Numbered from the stretch's first letter, positions 36,657-48,818 are shown. The stretch: 64,000 nucleotides of DNA from Eledone cirrhosa (GCA_964016885.1 OZ024758.1:28892001-28956000), one strand, 5' to 3'. The notes: generated by a model not told the origin, from the letters alone. Program-made: numbers and translations.

Positions 36657-36850
36657 GGCGGTGGATTGGCAGTATCGGTAGAGAGTCAGACGCCATGCTT
36701 TCCAGCATAGAGTTACGTCCCTCTATGGTCTGAGTTCAAATCCCGCCGAGGTTAACTTTGCCTTTCATCCTTACGGGGTCGATAAAATAAAGTACCAGTA
36801 ATGCACTGGGTAATTACTGGCCTTGTGCCAAAAGTAGAAACAATTATTTT
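36657..36850 (+). mobile_element. SINE family B, full length
   Basis: GGCGGTGGATTGGCAGTATCGG (A box), GAGTTCAAATCCC (B box), conserved core GCCTTTCATCCTTACGGGGTCGATAAAAT; flanked by an ATTATTTTA direct repeat. Confidence 0.9.
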
Positions 36851-37578
36851 ATGTAAGAATCTTTATTAAATTATGTTCCAAACACCAGCTTAATAATGAG
36901 GAAGTTACATTACTAAATCCCTCCATATCCAAAATTATTTGAAAACCATAGGCAATGCCTTTCATTAAGGCTAAGAATCATTCTAAATGGTGGGTTGTGG
37001 TGGTAGTATATTTGTTGAACAATGTTTCTATTGGTCTTTTCATTGCTGATACTATCTACCAATCACAACTATGTAGTTACAGGCATAAATATAGGTAACC
37101 ACAATTACTAGTAAATCGGTCACACACACATGTACACCAGGTCCAAACACAGAGGAACCAAACTCCCACTGTCACCACCTCTGTCTCTTCTGCCCTCCCT
37201 ATCTCTCACTGTTAGGAGAAAATGGGGTCCCACGCACTGGCTGCCCCGGTGGACAGAACAGAGACAGTGTTTCTCCGAAGGATGGCGAGGGAGATGTGCT
37301 AGAAGAGCCATTGTCCCATTTTCAATTCTGCCTTGACCCATGATTTCATATGTATTATTAATATCATTAATTAATTCTGGATGAAAGAAATGTGAATCAT
37401 GTTCAACACAAAACAGTCTTGTATATAATTTGGTAGTTGATACTTGCTTCATTAATTCAATTTGTATCTGTAAATAAAGAGAGTTATTAGAAGTTGGATC
37501 AGATATATTATTAGTAAGAGTACATAGTATAAATCTACATTAAGGAATATAAAATTAATGTAGATTTTAATTTATTAA

Positions 37579-37927
37579 CCCTTTAGCTTTTAAACTGGCC
37601 ATATCCGGCCCGAATTCTCTCACCTCTTCCTGTTCTAACCGGCTGTAACCGGCCACTCATACTGATGTTAAGGTACTGTTCTCAAAATAAATAATATCAA
37701 AATCTCATAGATTCGATATTATGTGAGATAAACCTTTTACTATGAAAATACAATAGTATATATAGAGTAATGTAAATGTTATGTGAGATATTATGTGAGA
37801 TAAAGCTTTTACTGTGAAAATACAATAGTATATATAGAGTAATGTAAATGTTATGCGAGATATGTGAGGTAAAGCCTTTACTGTGAAAATACAATAGTAT
37901 ATATAGAATAATGTAAATGCTAAAGGG
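37579..37927 (+). mobile_element. piggyBac-like TTAA MITE with about 3 copies of the 72-bp module
   Basis: TTAA flanks, CCCTTTAG TIRs, internal homology to 36236. Confidence 0.9.
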
Positions 37928-38264
37928 TTAAACAGATGTAATTTAATTAGAAATTTAAATACAAAATTACATGTTTTTGAAGCATGTTGTATTGTTATTT
38001 AAAGAGATTATATATGTGTATTTAAATGATGGAATATTGATTATTCAATTATTTTAAAATTAAATGATTTTTTTTAAAGTACTTCATGAAGATATAAAGA
38101 TAGTAACCTTAAACAATTTTGAAGTATCAGCAATTTTAAGTATTGATGTATTGTTTCTTTTATAATACAAACTAGTGGATAACCCGTGTGAGTCCTTCAA
38201 GGTCTGTTCCTGTGTGTCTCCCTTGCCATCCTGTCCCAATACCACAAGCCAGACTGACCCTTAA

Positions 38265-38762
38265 CCCTTTAACATTTACATTACTCTATATATACTATTG
38301 TATTTTCATGGTAAAGGCTTTACCTCACATAATATCTCACATAACATTTACATTACTCTATATATACTATTGTATTTTCATGGTAAAGGCTTTACCTCAC
38401 ATAATATCTCACATAACATTTACATTACTCTATATATACTATTGTATTTTCATGGTAAAGGCTTTACCTCACATAATATCTCACATAACATTTACATTAC
38501 TCTATATATACTATTATATTTTCATGGTAAAGGTTATACCTCACATAATATCTCACATAACATTTACATTACTCTATATATACTATTATATTTTCATGGT
38601 AAAGGCTTTACCTCACATAATTATCTCACATAATATCGAATCTATGAGATTTTGAAAGTATTTATTTTGAGAACAATACCTTAACATCAGTATGAGTGGC
38701 CAGTTTCATCAGAAAAAGGTAGAGAACTCTGGCCGGTTTCGGTCGGTTTGAACTCTAAAGGG
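38265..38762 (-). mobile_element. piggyBac-like TTAA MITE with about 5 copies of the 72-bp module
   Basis: TTAA flanks and TIRs; shares its right TTAA (38763-66) with the next copy. Confidence 0.9.
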
Positions 38763-38766
38763 TTAA

Positions 38767-39290
38767 CCCTTTAGCATTTACATTACTCTATATCAGGGGT
38801 TCCCAACCTTTTGGGTCTGTGGGCCGGATAGCCATGCAATGGTGGCTCCGCGGGCCGGATGTGCAATTAATACTACTTATATACACTTATATACTTATAT
38901 ATGCACAATTAATACTACTTATGTTAGATTTGAAACAAAATTCAATATTGATACTTAGAGCTGTCCCAAGCAGAAAAATACATTTAAACATTGTTTTATT
39001 CGGCAATATCGCTAGATCAGGTGCAAATTTATTGCAAACTGTACCCTTTTTAGAACCCTCGCGGGTCAGATTGAAACCCTTGGTGGGCCGGGGGTTGGCG
39101 ACCCCTGCTCTATATTTACTATTGTATTTGCACAGTAAATATTTTATCTCACATAATATCGAATATATGAGATTTTGATATTTATTTTGAAATCAATACT
39201 TTAACATCCGTATGAGTGGCCAGTTACACCGGTTTGAACAGAAAGATGAGAGAATTCTGGCCGGATACAGCCGGTTTAAATGCTAAAGGC
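38767..39290 (-). mobile_element. piggyBac-like TTAA MITE interrupted by a hAT MITE
   Basis: Starts CCCTTTAGCATTTACATTAC, resumes after 39107, ends in a degenerate CTAAAGGC. Confidence 0.8.
38794..39107. mobile_element. hAT (Charlie-like) MITE, 314 bp
   Basis: TIRs CAGGGGTTCCCAACC / GGTTGGCGACCCCTG; perfect 8-bp TSD CTCTATAT at 38786-93 and 39108-15. Confidence 0.92.
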
Positions 39291-39352
39291 TTGTTTCATT
39301 TATGGTGGTGGCATGTGGAATAAATTTACTTAAGTTTTAACAACATTTATAT

Positions 39353-39715
39353 ACACACGACTGCGACTTCTGGCGTCACGCAGTAATACAGGGTACCCGA
39401 CCTCCCATGGGTACATGCTGAAGCATATAAACAATATGCCCCCACTCCCCCCACCGCAAGGTGGTCGTGGAGGTGCCACGGCAAAAAAGCACCCAGCCCA
39501 CACTGTAAAGTGGACGTGTAGGCGCCACGAAAAAGCACCCAGCACTCACTGTAAATGAGGTTGGTGTTAGGAAGGGCATCCAGCTGTAGAAATCAAGCCA
39601 GATCAGTTCCTGTATGAGCAAGGCATGGTCAGCCGACCAGACACTGCCCACAACAGGACAACCCGTCTAACCCATGCTAGCGTGGAAGAACGGACGTAAA
39701 ACGGTGATGATGATG
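39353..39715 (+). mobile_element. RTE family 1 LINE, extreme 3' end only
   Basis: Near-identical to 47295-47652, including the last codons (DFWRHAVIQGTRPPMGTC*) and the (GAT)n tail. Confidence 0.92.
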
Positions 39716-39867
39716 AACATAGTAACTCCTCATGTTTTTGTAAATTTAGATATACAGCTGACTTGGTTATATCTCCAACAGGCCTTCTTTTTTCTAAATA
39801 TAATTTAACAAAGCTTCCTACATAAAATTATGATTAGTAAATTTTAAAATAAATATAAATACTTTAA

Positions 39868-39996
39868 CCCTTTAGCATTTAAACTGGCCAGAATTCTCTC
39901 ACCTCTGTTCAAATCATCCCCAACTGGCCCAAATTAAATATATTATTTACTGTGAAAATACAATAGTAACTATAGAAGAATGGAAGTGCTAAAGGG
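39868..39996 (+). mobile_element. piggyBac-like TTAA MITE, internally deleted (129 bp)
   Basis: TTAA|CCCTTTAGCA...TGCTAAAGGG|TTAA. Confidence 0.85.
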
Positions 39997-40269
39997 TTAA
40001 AACAGGTTTGTATTGCAGAACCAGGGGCAATTTAGTATCAAGAGAAGTCAAATATGTAAAGTTAATCTAAGGAATTGGAGTATATAGATCCAGTAGCTCC
40101 CAAATAATTAATTTAGGCGCCAGAAATAAAGCATAATGAATTTGTTTTTATTGTGGAAAAGTATGTTTATTTTTCCTACTTTTTTTTCTTACTGTTGCAA
40201 TGAATATCTATATCTTTTGTCTTTAAATCTGTTTGTGAAAAACTATTACAACTGTTTCTCACAGTCACC

Positions 40270-40855
40270 TCTCTTATTCTATCTCTTTCCCTCTCTTTCT
40301 CTTTCTATCTTTTCCCCTCTTTCTCTCTCTCATTCTCTCTCATTCTATCTCTTTCTCTCTCTTTCTCTTTCTATCTTTTCCTCTCTCTCTCTCTCTCACT
40401 CATTCTCTCTCTCTTTCTCTTTCTCTTTCTCTCTCTCTCTCTCCCTCTGTCTAACTCTAACTCTAACTCTCTCTCTCTCTCTCTCCCTCTGTCTAACTCT
40501 AACTCGCTCTCTCTCTCTCTCTTTCCCTCTGTCTAACTCTAACTCGCTCTCTCTCTCTCTCTTTCCCTCTGTCTAACTCTAACTCGCTCTCTCTCTCTCT
40601 CTTTCCCTCTGTCTAACTCTAACTCGCTCTCTCTCTCTCTCTTTCCCTCTGTCTAACTCTAACTCGCTCTCTCTCTCTCTCTTTCCCTCTGTCTAACTCT
40701 AACTCGCTCTCTCTCTCTCTCTCTCTTTCCCTCTGTCTAACTCTAACTCGCTCTCTCTCTCTCTCTTTCCCTCTGTCTAACTCTAACTCGTTCTCTCTCT
40801 ACTCTCTACACACTCTCTCTCTCTACTCTCTACACACTCTCTCTCTCTCTCTCAC
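40270..40855. repeat. CT-rich tract including a ~40-bp tandem unit
   Basis: TTTCCCTCTGTCTAACTCTAACTCG(CT)n repeated about 8 times. Confidence 0.9.
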
Positions 40856-41751
40856 ATGCAAGGAGCTTCTCGGTGACTGTCTAGATTGAAGTTTCCATTA
40901 CTGCCATTAAATTAGTGTTGCCTTATCTTATAACATCTCTCTATCTACTGGATGTTCAAACATCTTGGTTAACTATGTGCAGCTGCTGATAGAGTATGGC
41001 TCCCACAACTGCTGCTGCTACTGCTGCTACTGCTGCTCTTGGAGTACTGACACCATTTTTAACTTAAATTATTTAGCTCCCTCACAAACCCTCAATGAAG
41101 AAGAATGGCTCCATAAATACATGTCATTCTATATTTTAGGGTCCAAGCTCTGCCAGCATAGAAAGTAAATATAAAAATATAACAAAATATCATAAAAAGT
41201 TCTGAATTTTAGGGATGTCAGATGTAAAGGGGTAGGGAAAATATTCTCCTAGGTTGTCAGATTTTGAAAAATTCCTTAAATTCTCTTAGCTTCAGTTAAT
41301 CAAATCTATTTATTTTTTATTTGACATAGTAATTGACTACTAGAAATATTGGGAATTAATTATTATGGATTAATTTTTCTTAGCAAAGTAATTAGCTTTA
41401 TATTCTTTTCACTTGTAATAATAGTTATATTAATGGTTGTATGGTTAAATAGTGGTGTTTGGCTTAGTGGTTACAGCTTTGGGCTTGCAATTGTGAGGTT
41501 GGGTGTCTGAATCTGGGACCGGGCAGTGTTTTGTGTTTGAGGAGAGGAGACACTGGTATGCATGGGCAACTACTGGTCTTCCACAAGCACACCTTGCCCA
41601 GGTCTTGGATGAGAACTTTCTAGGTGCAAAACTATTAAATAATGAAGGTACATGGTTCAGTGATAAGAGCTTTGGGCTTGCAATTGTGAGGATGTGGGAT
41701 TTGATCATCTGTTAATTTGCAACGTGTGTGTGTGTGGAGGCACATGGCGTG

Positions 41752-42761
41752 TATATATAGAGTAATGTAAATGTTATGTGAGATATTATGTGAAGTAAAG
41801 CCTTTACTGTGAAAATACAATAGTATATATAGAGTAATGTAAATGTTGTAAGATATTATGTGAGGTAAAGCCTTTACTGTGAAAATACAATAGTATATAT
41901 AGAGTAATGTAAATGTTATGTGAGGTATTATGTGAGGTAAAGCCTTTACTGTGAAAATACAATAGTATATATAGAGTAATGTAAATGTTATGTGAGATAT
42001 TATGTGAGGTAAAGCCTTTACTGTGAAAATACAATAGAATATATAGAGTAATGTAAATGTTATGTGAGGTATTGTGAGGTAAAGCCTTTACTGTGAAAAT
42101 ACAATAGTATATATAGAGTAATGTAAATGTTATGTGAGATATTATGTGAGGTAAAGCCTTTACTGTGAAAATACAATAGTATATATAGAGTAATGTAAAT
42201 GTTATGTGAGATATTATGTGAGGTAAAGTCTTTACTGTGAAAATACAATAGTATATATAGAGTAATGTAAATGTTATGTGAGATATTATGTGAGGTAAAG
42301 CCTTTACTATGAAAATACAATAGTATATATAGAGTAATGTAAATGTTATGTGAGGTAAAGCCTTTACTGTGAAAATACAATAGTATATATAGAGTAATGT
42401 AAATGTTATGCGAGATATTATGTGAGGTAAAGCCTTTACTATGAAAATACAATAGTATATATAGAGTAATGTAAATGTTATGTGAGATATTATGTGAGGT
42501 AAAGTCTTAACTGTGAAAATACAATAGTATATATAGAGTAATGTAAATGTTATGCGAGATATTATGTGAGGTAAAGCCTTTACTATGAAAATACAATAGT
42601 ATATATAGAGTAATGTAAATGTTATGTGAGGTAAAGCCTTTACTGTGAAAATACAATAGTATATATAGAGTAATGTAAATGTTATGCGAGATATTATGTG
42701 AGGTAAAGCCTTTACTATGAAAATACAATAGTATATATAGAGTAATGTAAATGCTAAAGGG
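41752..42761 (+). repeat. 72-bp satellite (about 14-15 units, with 60-bp variants) ending in the MITE right TIR
   Basis: Unit AGTAATGTAAATGTTATGTGAGATATTATGTGAGGTAAAGCCTTTACTGTGAAAATACAATAGTATATATAG; terminates CTAAAGGG|TTAA; left end absent. Confidence 0.93.
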
Positions 42762-42967
42762 TTAAACACTGTGTGATTATGGGTCCATTCTGGATTGTAA
42801 TGTAGTGAATAAAATGTTCAATGCTGTGGTATTCAGTAAAACTGTGAAGTGAACAGTCACTATTAATAACAAATATATCTACTCCTTAGACAGTACAAGG
42901 CCTTCACTCAGTGGTTGTTTAGTGAGTTAATTACATAAATCCATACAAGTAAATATATAATTATCAT

Positions 42968-43021
<54 letters not shown>

Positions 43022-43150
43022 TCATTCCTTGTATTTTGATCATGCTTTATTTTAATTTTTATTTTTAATTTCATTCGCACCGTTTCCTTTCGCTATATGT
43101 CTCTCCACCACTCCCCTACACCCCCTTTGAACTCTGTTCCCACACACTTC

Positions 43151-43186
43151 TCACCTGAGGAAGGGCTATATGCCCGAAACGTCGTT
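43151..43186 (+). ncRNA. Minimal hammerhead ribozyme motif (Penelope-type), weak stem I
   Basis: CUGAGGA-A-GGGC(UAUAU)GCCC-GAAAC-GUC with palindromic ACGU in stem III. AATAAA about 40 nt downstream; sits in a ~260-bp insert between (TA)n tracts. Confidence 0.65.
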
Positions 43187-43273
43187 CCCCACCACCACCC
43201 CACTCTCCAGAGCGTGAAATTAATAAACATTCGTTGTACTGCCTCTCTGTTTTGTTCCTGTTCAAATTTTTCC

Positions 43274-43313
<40 letters not shown>

Positions 43314-43434
43314 TTTGATAAGTTTTGGCTTGTATTTGCCCAGGCCATGTCTAACTTAATAGCACCACCTGTGTGTGTGTATATTTATGTGTATGTATGT
43401 ATGTATGTATGTATGTATGTATGTGCGTGTGTGT

Positions 43435-43560
43435 ATGCGGAAGTGGTGAGAGCTAATCTCAAATCACTGAAGCTCACAGAAGAGATGACAAAGGATTGCA
43501 ATGAGTGGAGAGAAGCTGTGCTGAAAACGTCCCATTGAACCAGGGTAAAGCAGACATGAT
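43435..43560 (+). mobile_element. RTE LINE 3' fragment
   Basis: EVVRANLKSLKLTEEMTKDCNEWREAVL. Confidence 0.75.
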
Positions 43561-43578
43561 GTATGTGTGCACGTGTGT

Positions 43579-43955
43579 ATCATCATCTTACGTCCACTTT
43601 TCCCTGCTTGCAAGGGTTGGACGGGTCCTGTTCAGCACAGCATCTCTCCACTTGTCACGGTCCTTCGTCATCTCCTCCGTGAGTTTCAGCGATCTGAGGT
43701 CTGCTCTCACCACCTCCGCCCATGTCTTTCATTATCTTCCTCTACTGCGTCTTCCTTCAACTGGCAATTCCTGGCACTTCTTCACCCATCGGTCATCCTC
43801 CATGCGCATCACATGTCCATACCATCTCAGCCTTCTCTCTTGCACACCACAACTTATCCCTCTTATACCCAGTTTCTTTCTCAACTCGTCTATGCTTGGT
43901 CGTTCACGCACTTTGACATTGCACTTTCAAACAGTGGATACCATATATGCGAGGA
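43579..43955 (-). mobile_element. RTE family 2 LINE 3' fragment whose terminus matches the short tail of SINE family A
   Basis: Minus strand gives VQERRLRWYGHVMRMEDDRWVKKC..GRRSRGR and ends CCCGTCCAACCCTTGCAAGCAGGGAAAAGTGGACGTAAGATGATG. Confidence 0.88.
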
Positions 43956-44679
43956 CCAGATTTTAATTCAAGATCCAATTTGCTTATACTTATTCATGTT
44001 TCCAGCTAACCCCTTTGGGATTTCAGGTATCTATCAGCTAGAGAAGTTGATTTCAGAAGACTTGGAAAGAACTAGTTAGACATGTAAGTCTTAGATATTA
44101 CAGACAAGATCATTTAGGTTAAAGATGCATAAAATGGTGCTGTTTTAAGGACTTGTCTAATTCCTCCTCATGTGGAAAACTAGATGTTAAATGATGATAG
44201 TGGAGCTAAAGAAAAGTGACCAGGTCAGAAAGTGTATAGGGACAATTTTGACACTGCAACATAAAAAGTAAATACAATTATTTTTTGTGTATGATTAAAA
44301 AAAACTCTACTGCAGTATAATTGCTTTAGTTTCAACACATGGTCTCACATAAAATTACTTGCCAAACAAGTACAATTTTGAGATTAAATATAGTTATTCA
44401 TTTAATATTCCTGGTGATTAACTATACAGTCTACTGAAATTATAACACCATTTGAGCTTCCTTGCTATTTTTAATGTTTAATGTTTGCAATTAGTTCATT
44501 AAAGGCTAAAAAAAGAAGAAAAAACATCTATTGTAAATATACATTTATACAAGTTAGTGAATAAAAAGTATGTTATATGAGGTGTGGTATTTTGCTTGAA
44601 GCATTGTGGCCACCAAGTAGAAAAACGTCGGTTTTTCTCTGAATCTTCTACAGGCACCCTCCTTTTGATAATGGAGGGT

Positions 44680-45000
44680 TAATCCAGAGGGTTTTGGGAA
44701 TAAATTGGTGACACATTCTCCACCTCCAACTTAGTCATTTCAGCTACAAACCCCAGTACTGTTGCCCGCAATGCAGAGGGAAGGAAGACAAATAAACATC
44801 GAGTATTGTCCAGCCGCTTCCCCATTGCACCAGTCACTATTGAGACCTCGGGCTTACACAGACCCAGTACTCCTCTCTAAAAGATCGGAAATGCTAGCAG
44901 CCTGTCTGATGAAGGAACCCTGTGAGATGGGGTGGCTGTTGCAGTGGGTATCGCTGGCTATTGTCCACAGAGCACAACCCCATCACTGCTGCACCCATCA
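44680..45000 (+). mobile_element. Degenerate CRE-clade C-terminal fragment
   Basis: ...PVTIETSG...EPCEMGWLLQWVSLAIV, parallel to the 34182 fragment. Confidence 0.55.
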
Positions 45001-45385
45001 CCCTTCCCCTCCAGTTCTTCTGTGACTCTAGAGCCCTTGCTTTTCCCTTCCTTTTCCATTGTTACAAATTATGTACCTATACACACTTTTACAAACAATT
45101 GCTAAAGTAACTTTCAATAACTCAGCCTTTATTTTAATTTTCTTTTCTTTTTTTAATTCTTTTATTACCATAGCAATCTAACCCACATGCAGTCTTTCTA
45201 TACAAACAGACTTTCCAGTAATTTATATAAGTCCACTCGCAACTAATTGTTACTTGAAATATTTTACTCCACTCATGTCTAACAATTTTGAAGATATTTT
45301 TATTAATTCTAATACTATCATTCTGTTGAGAATTTTTAACTTCAATTAGTGATTTTTTTTTTTTAAATTTACTGCAGTGTTTTAA

Positions 45386-48180
45386 CCCTTTAACATTCAC
45401 ATTACTCTATATATACTATTATATTTTCATGGTAAAGGCTTTACCTCACATAATATCTCACATAACATTCACATTACTCTATATATACTATTATATTTTC
45501 ATGGTAAAGGCTTTACCTCACATAATTATCTCACATAACATTCACATTACTCTATATATACTATTATATTTTCATGGTAAAGGCTTTACCTCACATAATA
45601 TCTCACAACATTCACATTACTCTATATATACTATTATATTTTCATGGTAAAGGCTTTACCTCACATAAAATCTCACAACATTCACATTACTCTATATATA
45701 ATCAGAGATATGAAGATAGGGAAGGCAACCATCAGAGATATGAAGATAGGGAAGGCAACCGGTCCATCGGGTATAGCTGCCGAGATGCTGAAGGCATCTG
45801 GGTTTGTAGGTCACACTATAACCACACGTATCGTTAACCAGGTAATACTAGAGGGGGCCATACCAAAAGATTGGTGCAGTAGCATCATTGTCAACTGCTA
45901 CAAAGGTAAAGGCGATGCACTAGATAGAGGAAACTATAGAGGTATAAAGTTGATGGACCAGGTCATGAAAGTAACAGAAAGTTATAGCACAGCTGATTAG
46001 GGACCGGGTGAATATAGACGAGATGCAATTTGGGTTTGTACCAGGGAAAGGCACCACTGATGCCCTCTTCCTTGTGAGGCAATTACAGGAAAAGTACCTA
46101 GCTAAAAGTAAGCCACTCTACTTGGCATTTGTCGACCTTGAGAAAACCTTTGACAGAGTTCCACGTGCAGTATTCTGGTGGGCTCTTAGAAAACTAGGAG
46201 TAGATGAATGGCTTGTGAAAGCGGTACAAGCCATGTATAGGGGAGCAGTCAGCAAAGTTAGGATTGGCAATGAGTATAGCGAGGAATTTAGCGTACAGGT
46301 TGGGGTCCACCAGGGCTCTGTTCTTAGCCCTTTCCTGTTCATCATAGTCCTGCAGGCAATAACGGAGGAGTTTAAGACCGGATGCCCATGGGAACTCCTG
46401 TATGCTGATGACCTCGCACTCATAGCTGAATCTATGGTAGAACTAGAGAATAAATTCCAAACCTGGAAGCAGGGACTAGAGAGAAAGGGCCTCAAAGTCA
46501 ACATGACAAAGACTAAGGTCCTTATAAGTAGACGAGAAAACAGAACCCAGATCCCCTCAGGGAAATGGCCTTGCTCAGTATGTAGGAAAGGTGTAGGTAG
46601 GAACTCCATTCTCTGCCCCAAATGCAAACAATGGGTACACAAGAGATGTAGCGGGATCTCAGGAAGCTTAATTAAGAATGTAGGATTCACATGCAGCAGC
46701 TGTGCTGAAACAGCAAGCAAACAGCCACAGGAAACAAGTACCACCAATCTCTGGGAGGGCCCTGTAGAAACAGTAGACAGCTTCTGCTACCTAGGTGACC
46801 GAATTAGCAACGGAGGTGGGTGCTCAGAAAGTACAATAACTAGGGTAAGAACGGGATGGAAGAAGTTTAGGGAACTACTACCACTGCTAGCTGCAAAAGG
46901 CTTCTCCCTCAGAATGAAAGGCAGACTGTATGATGCGTGTATCCGAACAGCGATGTTGCATGGTAGTGAGACCTGGGCGCTGAAGGTGGAAGACTTACGT
47001 AGATTAGAGAGAAACGAAGCCTGCATGCTCCGATGGATGTGTAACAGTAATATACGTGAACGACAAAGCATAAAGGAATTGAGAGAGAGACTGAGCATAA
47101 GAGGAATCAAATGCTGCGTGCAGGAGAGGCGGTTACGCTGGTATGGACATGTGATGCGTATGAAGGATGACAGCTGCATAAAAAGGTGCAGAGCACTAGA
47201 AGTTGATGGAAACCGCGGAGTGGGGAGACCCAAGATGACTTGGGATGAGGTGATAAAAGCCGACCTTACCCAACTACACCTCTCAAAGTCAATGACACAC
47301 GACCGTGACTTTGGCGTCACGCAGTAATACAGGGTACCCGACCTCCCATGGGTACATGCTGAAGCATATAAACAATATACCCCCCCCCCCACCGCAAGGT
47401 GGTCGTGGAGGTGCCACGGCAAAAAAGCACCCAGCCCACACTGTAAAGTGGACGTGTAGGTGCCACGAAAAAGCACCCAGCACTCACTGTAAATGAGGTT
47501 GGTGTTAGGAAGGGCATCCAGCTGTAGAAATCAAGCCAGATCAGTTCCTGTATGAGCAAGGCATGGTCAGCCGACCAGACACTGCCCACAACAGGACAAC
47601 CCGTCTAACCCATGCTAGCGTGGAAGAACGGACGTAAAACGGTGATGATGATACTATTATATTTTCATGGTAAAGGCTTTACCTCACAATTATCTCACAT
47701 AACATTTACATTACTCTATATATACTATTATATTTTCATGGTAAAGGCTTTATCTTACATAATATCTCACAACATTCACATTACTCTATATATACTATTA
47801 TATTTTCATGGTAAAGGCTTTACCTCACATAATTATCTCACAAAACATTCACATTACTCTATATATACTATTATATTTTCATGGTAAAGGCTTTACCTCA
47901 CATAATTATCTCACAAAACATTCACATTACTCTATATATACTATTATATTTTCATGGTAAAGGCTTTACCTCACATAATTATCTCACATAACATTTACAT
48001 TACTCTATATATACTATTATATTTTCATGGTAAAGACTTTACCTCACATAAATATCTCCCATAATATCGAATCTATGAGATTTTGAGAGAACAAAACCTT
48101 AACATCAGTTTGAGCGACCAGTTGCAGCCAGTTTCAACAGAAAGGGGTAGAGAATTATGGCCGGTTTGAACACTAAAGGG
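45386..48180 (-). mobile_element. piggyBac-like TTAA MITE with an expanded 72-bp module, split by an RTE insertion
   Basis: TTAA|CCCTTTAA at 45386 and CTAAAGGG|TTAA at 48180; the satellite phase continues across the RTE. Confidence 0.88.
45701..47652 (+). mobile_element. RTE family 1 LINE, 5'-truncated (RT, Cys/His finger, 3' UTR); two frameshifts
   Basis: KATGPSG, NYRGIKL, QFGFVPG, FVDLEK.FDRV, GVHQGSVLSP, LYADDL and RLRWYGHV motifs. Frameshifts near 45980 and 47310; (GAT)n tail. Confidence 0.96.
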
Positions 48181-48302
48181 TTAAAAGGACTTAAGGATTT
48201 AAATAAGACTAAGTTTGTCATATTGCACCCAAATTACATTTAGTCTGTTAAATTCATTTAAACTAAGTTCATACTATTTTTGTGAGGTATGAAGCTCCAG
48301 TT

Positions 48303-48417
48303 TGTGTGTGTATGTAGAAATGTGTGTGTGTGTGTGTGTATGTAGAAATGTGTGTGTGTATGTAGAAATGTGTGTGTGTGTGTATGTAGAAATGTGTGTG
48401 TGTGTGTGTATGTAGAA

Positions 48418-48458
<41 letters not shown>

Positions 48459-48626
48459 AATGTGTGTGTGTAGAAATGTGTGTGTGTGATGTAGAAATGT
48501 GTGTGTGTGATGTAGAAATATGTGTGTGTGATGTAGAAATATGTGTGTGTGATGTAGAAATATGTATGTGTATATGTAGAAATATGTATGTGTATATGTA
48601 GAAATGTGTGTGTGTGTATGTAGAAG

Positions 48627-48661
<35 letters not shown>

Positions 48662-48771
48662 TATTATATATATATGTGTGTGTATATATGCTAGTGCAGA
48701 AAATGGATGTTAAACGGTGATGATGTGTATATACTAGCACAGTGATGTATGCATTCATGTGTGTATGTATG

Positions 48772-48815
<44 letters not shown>
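48303..48815. repeat. (TG)n/(TA)n compound microsatellite with recurring TAGAAA spacer
   Basis: Direct reading. Confidence 0.9.

Positions 48816-48818
<3 letters not shown>

Noticed and set aside
44904-44935. CTGATGAAGG as a hammerhead core
   Set aside because: No stem II followed by GAAA; it lies within a CRE coding remnant.
46118-47476. Antisense ORFs over the RTE (209 and 229 aa)
   Set aside because: Shadow frames of the RT coding strand with no independent motifs.
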